From an uncultured Candidatus Saccharibacteria bacterium (GTDB taxonomy: Bacteria > Patescibacteriota > Minisyncoccia > Minisyncoccales > RBG-13-42-11), in the NCBI GenBank assembly GCA_964501545.1, contig CAZCSH010000003.1:1-25983 (forward strand): 25,983 nt of DNA, written 5' to 3'. A program made the position numbers and the translations under genes. The notes beneath the pieces are model-generated. The model had not been told where the DNA came from. It did not search any database and was given only the letters and a program-made list of their open reading frames with translations. The number at the start of each line of letters is the position of its first letter. Position 1 is the stretch's first letter. Shown piece by piece: positions 9,621 to 16,670 of this stretch.

Positions 9621-11434
9621 TAGGATACATAGGTAAAAGAAACGCGACTCCGATTCTAACTGAGGGCCTTCGTCGAGAAAGCTATCGCGGATATGATTCT
9701 AGCGGTTTGGCTTTATTTGACGGGAAGGAGATAATCTGCGTTAAGGCGGTAGGAAAACTAGAGAATTTGGAGAGTAAACTGAGGAGCCAAGCCCCCGAAG
9801 GACTTTTAGGGCTAGGACACGTGAGATGGGCAACGACTGGTGAGGTAACAGAAGCCAATGCCCATCCTCAATCAGATTGCCGGGGAAACATTTGGCTAGT
9901 CCACAACGGCATTATTGAAAACTACCGTACCCTAAAGGAGAACCTAGAGAAAGAGGGCCACAAGTTTTCTTCTGAAACCGATACCGAAGTCATCGCCCAC
10001 CTTGTTGAAAAGTTCTTTCAGGGCAATCTTGAAGAAGCTGTCAGAAGGGCGACAAAGCTTTTAAAAGGAACCTATGGACTGGCTGTTATTTCCAAGAACG
10101 ACCCTCAAAAAATAGTTGCCGTCCGTCTTTCCAGTCCTCTGTTGGTTGGAGTGGGCGACAATGAATACTTGGTAGCCTCCGATCCCTCAGCCGTTATCGC
10201 CCATACTAATAAAGTAATTTATTTGGATGAAGGAGAATTGGCCGTTCTTTCCCCGGAAGACTTCAAAATTATGAGCTTGGGAGGGGGAAAAATAACACCC
10301 GAGACGGAAGAAATAGACTGGACATTGGAAGACGCCCAGAAAGGAGACTATCCCCACTTTATGTTAAAAGAAATAATGGAGCAGCCGGAAAGCATTATGA
10401 ACTCTTTGCGCGGGAGGATTATTTTGGAAGAAGGCAAAGCAAGATTGGGAGGCTTAACCTTTGTTCATGATAAATTAAGGAATATTAAAAAAATAAACAT
10501 TGTTGCCTGCGGCACAGCTTATTATGCAGGTCTGGTGGGTGAGTATATGCTAGAAGAATATGCCGGCATTCCCACAGAAGTAGATTTTGGTTCAGAGTTC
10601 CGTTATAGAAAGCCGGTTTTGGACAAAGACACTTTGATTTTAGCCATCTCCCAGTCAGGAGAAACAGCAGACACCTTAGCCGCGCTGCGGGAGATGAAGA
10701 ATAAAGGGATGTTAACAATTGGCATTACTAATGTCGTAGGTTCTTCCCAAGCCCGGGAGACAGATGCTGGCGTTTACAACCATGCCGGCTCCGAAATTGG
10801 AGTGGCTTCAACCAAAGCTTTTACTTCCCAATTGACTGTTCTTGCTCTTTTGGCTTTGTATTTGGGAAGACAGCGCCAGCTTTCTTTGGTTATGGGTCAA
10901 AGAATAGCCAAAGAGCTTAGTCGAATTCCTGAATTAGCTCAAAAGACTCTGGAACAAAATGAAAGAATCAAGACATTAGCTGCAAAATACAAAGATTACA
11001 AAAACTTTTTATACCTGGGCAGAAAATACAATTATCCCATTGCTTTGGAAGGAGCTTTAAAACTCAAAGAAATCTCTTATTTGCATGCTGAAGGATACGG
11101 AGCAGGAGAAATGAAGCACGGTCCTTTAGCTTTGATAGATGAGAACTTCCCCACTTTTGTTATTGCTCCCTCAGACAGCGTGTATGAGAAAGTGATTACC
11201 AATGCGGAAGAAGTGAAAGCGAGAAAAGGACCAATTTTAGCTTTAGCCACAGAGGGGAACGAGGATATTAAAAGGGTTGCAGAAGACATAATTTATATTC
11301 CCAAAACCCTTGAGATGCTTACTCCCATTTTGAGCGTTATCCCACTTCAGCTTTTTGCCTATCATGTTGGGGTTTTACGCGGTTGTGATGTGGACAAACC
11401 TAGGAATTTAGCTAAGGCGGTTAGTGTAGAGTAA
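9608..11434 (+). CDS. glmS: Glutamine--fructose-6-phosphate aminotransferase (isomerizing)
   Basis: N-terminal MCGIIG, RGYDSSG, HNGIIEN, SETDTEV, SIS motifs SQSGETADT, LEGALKLKEISY and DKPRNLAK. Continuous, with no intein. Confidence 0.97.
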   Translation: MCGIIGYIGKRNATPILTEGLRRESYRGYDSSGLALFDGKEIICVKAVGKLENLESKLRSQAPEGLLGLGHVRWATTGEVTEANAHPQSDCRGNIWLVHNGIIENYRTLKENLEKEGHKFSSETDTEVIAHLVEKFFQGNLEEAVRRATKLLKGTYGLAVISKNDPQKIVAVRLSSPLLVGVGDNEYLVASDPSAVIAHTNKVIYLDEGELAVLSPEDFKIMSLGGGKITPETEEIDWTLEDAQKGDYPHFMLKEIMEQPESIMNSLRGRIILEEGKARLGGLTFVHDKLRNIKKINIVACGTAYYAGLVGEYMLEEYAGIPTEVDFGSEFRYRKPVLDKDTLILAISQSGETADTLAALREMKNKGMLTIGITNVVGSSQARETDAGVYNHAGSEIGVASTKAFTSQLTVLALLALYLGRQRQLSLVMGQRIAKELSRIPELAQKTLEQNERIKTLAAKYKDYKNFLYLGRKYNYPIALEGALKLKEISYLHAEGYGAGEMKHGPLALIDENFPTFVIAPSDSVYEKVITNAEEVKARKGPILALATEGNEDIKRVAEDIIYIPKTLEMLTPILSVIPLQLFAYHVGVLRGCDVDKPRNLAKAVSVE

Positions 11435-11452
11435 AAATACAAAAATTATGCG

Positions 11453-11475
11453 AAAGAGGTTTTTCACCTCTTTTT
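11453..11475 (+). terminator. Probable intrinsic terminator after glmS
   Basis: Stem AAAGAGGT (11453-11460) / ACCTCTTT (11466-11473), ending in a T run. Confidence 0.6.
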
Positions 11476-11482
11476 ATTAGGG

Positions 11483-11488
11483 TATAAT
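11483..11488 (+). promoter_or_regulatory. -10 box (TATAAT) for the second LAGLIDADG ORF
   Basis: Perfect TATAAT right after the glmS terminator. No clear -35. Its position makes ATG 11513 more plausible than 11492. Confidence 0.4.
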
Positions 11489-11512
11489 TAAATGAGACAA
11501 GGAAAATGGTTT

Positions 11513-12991
11513 ATGAAAATTAATTTTATTTCAGTTATAAGAAGAGGAAACGGACGCGGTACAGGCTTTTTTTATATCCCAAAAGATAAAATATGTTTGT
11601 TTAGGTTAAATGACTGGGTGCGTATTAAATTATCGGAAGAGGTTTCTTTTTTCTCTAAGATAATATTCTATTCTCATAGATTGGGAATATATATTCCTCA
11701 ACATATTGTAAGTAAAAATGATTTATTGGGTAAAGAGGTTAAAATTGAAGTAAAAAAGCTAAATGGATTTTATGCTTCTGTAGGTTTCGATGGCAGAGTA
11801 TACATTCCTCAGGATATTGTCCAAAAACAAATAATTAAACAAAATGATATAATTTTAATAAAAGCCATAAAAGAAAATAAAGTTATTAAAGAAAAATATT
11901 CAAAAATACACGTTACCATTAGAAGACAAAGAAAACAAAAAGAATATACTTGCATTTTTGACAGAAATTTTTATGGGGAGGAACTTCTATTTCAAATTGA
12001 AAAAGGGCAGCAGAGAAGCAGAACGGTAAAATTAAGTGCCCCAATAGAAAGACTTCTGAGGCGAATGCACTACACATTTATTCAAGAGAATTCGGCGATC
12101 ATTTTTAAGGGAAACAAAGTTCCGGCAATTATTCATACAAACTTAAATTATTCTAACATAGCATTTTATTTGGGAGCATACTTTGCAGACGGAACTAAGA
12201 AGGGAAACAATTGGGCAATTTGTGCATCAACTTTTGAGCAGGCAAGATATTATTTAGAAATGCACAATTCAATAATTAAAGATTCAAAACCAGAATTAAT
12301 ACTTTCCTACACGGATATTGAGAATAGTGATAAAGATAAACTTAAGAGGAAATTAGCCAAAGTGTGGAAAGATAGAGTTGGGCTAAATGTATATAAATTT
12401 AGAATAAGAAAATCAATCGGAAAATTCACTTTTAAAAGAAATCAATACGGAACTCTTGTTATAAGAGAATCTAGACAACTACTGTTAAATATCTATAATA
12501 TTTTATTAGAATTTTTAATAAAGGAAATTTTAACAAATAAGAACAAAAAATTAGCCATAGACTTTATTTGTGGGGTTTTGGAGGGCGATGGCTGTGTCCC
12601 GTCCAAAAAACGAGGACATATAACAATTTCTCTTAATAAAAAGGATGTCCCCATTATAGAAAATGTTTTTAAAGTAGCTCAAATAAAATTTAAGATTCTC
12701 AAGGAAGGTGAAAATAAATATACTTTAAGGGTTGGCTCTCTTACACTAATAAAGAATTTTCATCTTTTGAAGGATAAGATTTTTATTTTATACCCCAAAA
12801 GACGAAAAGCATTTCTTGAGCGATTTAAAACGGTCGGTGCTGTTCAATCCTTGATAAAGAATTATAAACCAGTCGATTGGGTAAGGATTTGGTTGAATAA
12901 TAATGATTTTATCGCAGAAAAAGGAAAGATTACCAGTAAAGGGTTAAGGTTTGCCCGTGACTTTAAGGCTTGTAAAATTGCTATTAATTGA
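11513..12991 (+). CDS. LAGLIDADG-like protein with three N-terminal AbrB/MazE-like repeats
   Basis: Motifs FYLGAYFADG and FICGVLEGDG. Three G-x-x-YIP-type repeats in the first ~120 aa. Visibly AT-richer than its neighbours. The track start of 11492 is also possible. Confidence 0.7.
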   Translation: MKINFISVIRRGNGRGTGFFYIPKDKICLFRLNDWVRIKLSEEVSFFSKIIFYSHRLGIYIPQHIVSKNDLLGKEVKIEVKKLNGFYASVGFDGRVYIPQDIVQKQIIKQNDIILIKAIKENKVIKEKYSKIHVTIRRQRKQKEYTCIFDRNFYGEELLFQIEKGQQRSRTVKLSAPIERLLRRMHYTFIQENSAIIFKGNKVPAIIHTNLNYSNIAFYLGAYFADGTKKGNNWAICASTFEQARYYLEMHNSIIKDSKPELILSYTDIENSDKDKLKRKLAKVWKDRVGLNVYKFRIRKSIGKFTFKRNQYGTLVIRESRQLLLNIYNILLEFLIKEILTNKNKKLAIDFICGVLEGDGCVPSKKRGHITISLNKKDVPIIENVFKVAQIKFKILKEGENKYTLRVGSLTLIKNFHLLKDKIFILYPKRRKAFLERFKTVGAVQSLIKNYKPVDWVRIWLNNNDFIAEKGKITSKGLRFARDFKACKIAIN

Positions 12992-13007
12992 GTAAAATAA
13001 ATAAGAG

Positions 13008-14642
13008 ATGGAAGAAATATTAACTCAAAAAGGAGGCAAGAAGATATTACTCTTGGGGAACGAAGCAATAGTCAGAGGCGCCTTAGAAGAAGGCGTCCAA
13101 TTTGTTTCTACTTATCCTGGCACGCCAGCTTCTGAAATTGGCAACACTTTTTATAAGATCTCCAAAAAAGCTGGAGTTTATTTTGAATTCTCAACTAATG
13201 AAAAAGTAGCTTTAGAGGCAGGTGTTGGCGCCTCCTTTTCTGGTTTAAAAACCTTGGTGGCGATGAAGAACTTTGGTTTGAATGTCGCCTTGGATGCTCT
13301 TTTGCCTTTTGCTTACACTGGGACTAAAGGCCCGACTGTTATTGTGGTAGCAGACGACCCTTCCTGCCATAGTTCAGCTCAATCAGAAGAGAATAGTCGG
13401 GGTCTAGCTGAACTGGCTCATGTTCCTATTCTTGAGCCTTCTACTCCTCAAGAGTGCAAGGACTTTGTAAGGCTCGGTTTTAGATTGTCAGAAAGATTTA
13501 AGACCCCAGTTATTATTAGAACTACTACTAGAGTGGCTCATCAAACCGGAGTCGTTAAGTTAGAAAAAATTAAAAAACCGAAAGGAAGAGGGAATTTTAT
13601 TAAGGATACCAGAAGGTTTGTTACTTTACCTCCCAGAGTTCTTGAAATGAAAAAAGAACTTTTAGAAAAGATAGAGAAAATCCAGAGTTTTTCTGAAGCT
13701 CTTGCTAAACCGAGTTTAGCTAAACCGGGTTCAGCCGGTATTATTACCTCGGGAATTTCTTATTTGTACGTCAAAGAAGCCCTTCAAGAACTTAAATTAG
13801 ATTTGCCAGTTTTGAAATTAGACTTTTTCTATCCCTTTCCAGAAAAGAGGATTAAAGACTTTATTAAAAAACTTAAGAAGGTTTTAATTGTTGAAGAATT
13901 AGAACCTTATTTGGAAAAAGAAGTTGAAAGGTTAGCAAAAGAAGCAAATTGTAATTTAAAGATTATTGGAAAAGAACTGATACCTGAAGTTGGAGAATTA
14001 AAACCCGAAATTGTCACTGCGGTTCTCGCTAAATTCACTAATTGTAAATTGAAAATTGAAAATTCATTAAAAATTGAAAATTTAAAATTAAAAATTCCCA
14101 AAAGGCTCCCACAGCTCTGTCCCGGTTGTCCTTACTGGCTGGTTATTTCAGCCATAAAGAAGGCGGTTGACACGAACAAGGTTATCTTTGGTGGCGAAAT
14201 CGGCTGCTACATGCTTTTTGGCAACCCGCCGGTCAAATTACAGGATTATCTTTCCTGCATGGGCTCCTCGGCTGGAATCGCCCACGGTATTAAAAAAGCC
14301 ACTGGCCAGAAAATAATCACTTTTGTCGGCGATTCGTCTTTCTTTCATGCCGGAATTCCGGCTTTAATCAATACGGTTTTCAATAAGTCCAATCCTTTAA
14401 TCATCATTCTGGAGAACGAAACAACCGCCATGACCGGACACCAGCCCCATCCCGGAGCTCCGGCTGTGCCCAATGGAATAAAGATAGAAAACGTTGTTCG
14501 GGGCTGCGGCGTAAGAAACGTTAAGGTGCTTGATCCCATAAATCAGGAAGAATTTGTTAAAACGATCAAAGAATTTATGGGGAAGCCCGACGTTTCAGTA
14601 ATTATTGCCCGTCGTCCTTGTATATTTGTTTCTAAAAAATAA
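13008..14642 (+). CDS. iorA: Indolepyruvate ferredoxin oxidoreductase alpha subunit, lacking the C-terminal ferredoxin domain
   Basis: Motifs LLGNEAIVRG, YPGTPASE, STNEKVALE, ADDPSCHSSAQSE, LCPGCP, TPP motif GDSSFFHAG...LENETTAMTGHQP, and the ending ARRPC. Confidence 0.9.
   Translation: MEEILTQKGGKKILLLGNEAIVRGALEEGVQFVSTYPGTPASEIGNTFYKISKKAGVYFEFSTNEKVALEAGVGASFSGLKTLVAMKNFGLNVALDALLPFAYTGTKGPTVIVVADDPSCHSSAQSEENSRGLAELAHVPILEPSTPQECKDFVRLGFRLSERFKTPVIIRTTTRVAHQTGVVKLEKIKKPKGRGNFIKDTRRFVTLPPRVLEMKKELLEKIEKIQSFSEALAKPSLAKPGSAGIITSGISYLYVKEALQELKLDLPVLKLDFFYPFPEKRIKDFIKKLKKVLIVEELEPYLEKEVERLAKEANCNLKIIGKELIPEVGELKPEIVTAVLAKFTNCKLKIENSLKIENLKLKIPKRLPQLCPGCPYWLVISAIKKAVDTNKVIFGGEIGCYMLFGNPPVKLQDYLSCMGSSAGIAHGIKKATGQKIITFVGDSSFFHAGIPALINTVFNKSNPLIIILENETTAMTGHQPHPGAPAVPNGIKIENVVRGCGVRNVKVLDPINQEEFVKTIKEFMGKPDVSVIIARRPCIFVSKK
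13704..13735. repeat. Family C palindromic 15-nt tandem in frame in iorA (AKPSL-AKPGS)
   Basis: GCTAAACCGAGTTTA followed by GCTAAACCGGGTTCA. Hairpin GCTAAAC/GTTTAGC. Exact 13-mer shared with metG 4248-4260. Confidence 0.7.
14040..14096 (+). repeat. AT-only ~7-bp periodic repeat (AAAATTG) in frame in the iorA linker
   Basis: AATTG-TAAATTG-AAAATTG-AAAATTC...AAAATT. Encodes NCKLKIENSLKIENLKLKI. Confidence 0.7.
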
Positions 14643-14658
14643 TGGCTAAGAAATTAGA

Positions 14659-14739
14659 CCCCGTTAGAAATTACCGGATTAATGGGGTCAATGAAATCAA
14701 TTACTATGAAGAGAATAAAAAACCAAATTTCTAACGGGG
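14659..14739 (+). mobile_element. MITE-like element 1 (81 bp), 14-bp TIRs, TAGA target duplication
   Basis: Ends CCCCGTTAGAAATT ... AATTTCTAACGGGG. TAGA at 14655-14658 and 14740-14743. Excision restores M-A-K-K-L-E-Q-F-N-M from ATG 14642. Confidence 0.88.
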
Positions 14740-15308
14740 TAGAACAATTTAATATGGTTATCGTTGGAATAGGCGGTCAGGGTTTAATTACCCTATTACA
14801 AATTGTTGCCCGAGCCGCTTTATCGGAAGGATATGATATAAGAAGTTCAGAACTGCACGGTCTTTCTCAACGGGGAGGCTCGGTTGAGGTACACCTTAGA
14901 TTCGGCAAAAAAATTTATTCACCTTTGATTTCTTTAGGCGGAGCAGACTTAATCTTAGGATTGGAATTGCAAGAAGCTGCAAGATCAACAGCTTTTGCCA
15001 ACAAGAGAACAAACTTTTTGGTTAATGAACAAATAATTCCTATACCTTTGGAGAAATCCCCGTCTTCAGAAGAAATTTTAAAAACTTTAAGGAAAATAAA
15101 TAAAAATATTCATTCGGTTCCAGCTGCCAAGATTTGCCGGGAAAAGCTAGGAACAGATGTGATAGCCGGAGTTTATTTGATAAGTTTAGCTGCTTTTCAA
15201 GGGTTAATTCCTTTAAAACCTAGTTCAATTTCTCAAGCGATTAAAAAAATAATTCCAAAGAAGTATTTGGAACTAAACCTCAAAACCTTTAGGTTGGCTA
15301 AAGGTTAG
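14682..15308 (+). CDS. iorB: Indolepyruvate oxidoreductase beta subunit (POR gamma-like), start supplied by MITE 1
   Basis: Motifs VGIGGQG, SELHGLSQRGGSVEVHLRFG, ADLILGLE and ELNLKTF. In-frame ATGs at 14682, 14691 and 14706 (inside the element) and at 14754. Confidence 0.88.
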   Translation: MGSMKSITMKRIKNQISNGVEQFNMVIVGIGGQGLITLLQIVARAALSEGYDIRSSELHGLSQRGGSVEVHLRFGKKIYSPLISLGGADLILGLELQEAARSTAFANKRTNFLVNEQIIPIPLEKSPSSEEILKTLRKINKNIHSVPAAKICREKLGTDVIAGVYLISLAAFQGLIPLKPSSISQAIKKIIPKKYLELNLKTFRLAKG

Positions 15309-16585
15309 ACTTTTTGAATTTGGGCGCCAAGCTTTCTAAGTTTTTCTTCTATCTTTTCGTGACCTCTCTCTATGTGAGAGATGTTTTCAATTAAAGTTTT
15401 GCCTTTGGCGGCGAGACCCGCCAGAATAAGAGCTGTCCCTGATCTAATATCTAAGGCGTTTAGTTTCTTACCAATTAATTCTGTTTTACCAAAGATTAGA
15501 GCTCGGTGAGGGTCAGTGATTTCAATGTCAGCCCCCATTTTTCTTAACTCTTGGAGATATTGGAATCTGTTTTCGTAGAGAGGCTCATGAATTAAACTTT
15601 TACCTTGAGCTTGGGTTAAGAGAACGGAGGTTTGAGGTTGGAGATCAGTTGGGAAGCCAGGATAGGGGAGAACTTGGATTTTTGTGCTTTTGAATTCTGT
15701 TGAAGGTTTTACTAAAATTTCATTGTTAGAAATTTCAAAATTGACTCCAATCTCCTTCATTTTTTCTAGAAACATTATTAAGTGTTCACTATTTACCCCC
15801 TTGATTGTTCCCTGACCCCCGGTAGCTGCCAGAGCAATTAAGAAAGTGCCAGCCTCCAAAAGATCAGGTGAGATAGTAAATTCTGCTCCACTTAAAGTTT
15901 CTTTTCCCTCAATTGAGATTGTATGGGTGCCTATCCCTTGAATGTTGAGCCCCATTTTCTCTAAAAACTTTCCTAAATCCTGAACTTGGGGTTCAGCTGC
16001 TGCCATTTCAATCTTTGTCTTTCCCTTAGATAAAGCAGCTAACATCATTAAGATTTCGGTAGCTGTTACTGAGAACTCTTTTAAGACAATTCTTTTTCCT
16101 TCCAAGGCTTCTGGGGTTTCAAGATAATAAAAACCTTGTTTTTCTTCTACCTGAACACCAAAGTCTTTTAAAGCCTGGAGGTGGGTAGAAATAGGTCTCA
16201 GCCCTATTTCGTCACCTCCTGGATGAGGGATTTTGAGTTTTTTGAATCTAGCTAAAAGAGGGCCTATTAAGAGAATCGAAACCCTCATTTTCTCAAAGAG
16301 GTTAGTTGGAATGTTTTCTGGGTTAATATTAGCTGGATTGATTTTAACTTTTCTTTCTCCCAGCCATTCAACTTCCACCCCCAAAGATTTTAAAATCTCA
16401 ATTTGGTCCAAGACATCAGTTACTTTTGGCAGGTTATCAATAATGGAGGGTTCTTTGGCAAGCAAAACAGCTGCCAAAACGGCGCCAGCTGAGTTTTTGT
16501 AACCCGAAATTTCGACTTCTCCCTGAAGGGGAACGCCGCCCTTTATTAAAAACTTACCTTGCCCCGTTAGAAATTTTTGATTCAT
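15305..16585 (-). CDS. murA: UDP-N-acetylglucosamine 1-carboxyvinyltransferase (Cys115-to-Asp type)
   Basis: Motifs GEVEISGYKNS, PGGDEIGLRP, SVTATE, AAAEPQV, YPGFPTDLQ, YENRF and DIRSG. The start lies inside MITE 2. Confidence 0.95.
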   Translation of the reverse strand: MNQKFLTGQGKFLIKGGVPLQGEVEISGYKNSAGAVLAAVLLAKEPSIIDNLPKVTDVLDQIEILKSLGVEVEWLGERKVKINPANINPENIPTNLFEKMRVSILLIGPLLARFKKLKIPHPGGDEIGLRPISTHLQALKDFGVQVEEKQGFYYLETPEALEGKRIVLKEFSVTATEILMMLAALSKGKTKIEMAAAEPQVQDLGKFLEKMGLNIQGIGTHTISIEGKETLSGAEFTISPDLLEAGTFLIALAATGGQGTIKGVNSEHLIMFLEKMKEIGVNFEISNNEILVKPSTEFKSTKIQVLPYPGFPTDLQPQTSVLLTQAQGKSLIHEPLYENRFQYLQELRKMGADIEITDPHRALIFGKTELIGKKLNALDIRSGTALILAGLAAKGKTLIENISHIERGHEKIEEKLRKLGAQIQKV

Positions 16586-16628
16586 AGATTTTACTGAAAT
16601 ACCCCGCTATTTAAAATTTCTAACGGGG
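16562..16628 (-). mobile_element. MITE-like element 2 (67 bp), 16-bp TIRs, CTTG target duplication
   Basis: Ends CCCCGTTAGAAATTTT ... AAAATTTCTAACGGGG. CTTG at 16558-16561 and 16629-16632. Excision restores M-Q-G-K-F-L-I-K-G-G from minus-strand ATG 16635. Confidence 0.9.
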
Positions 16629-16629
16629 C

Positions 16630-16658
16630 TTGCATCCTTCACTTTTTTACTCTACAAT
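16630..16658 (+). promoter_or_regulatory. Sigma70-type promoter for the yvcK-glmU-like operon
   Basis: TTGCAT (16630-16635), 17-nt spacer, TACAAT (16653-16658), 12 nt before ATG 16671. Confidence 0.65.
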
Positions 16659-16670
16659 AAAACAGTCTTT

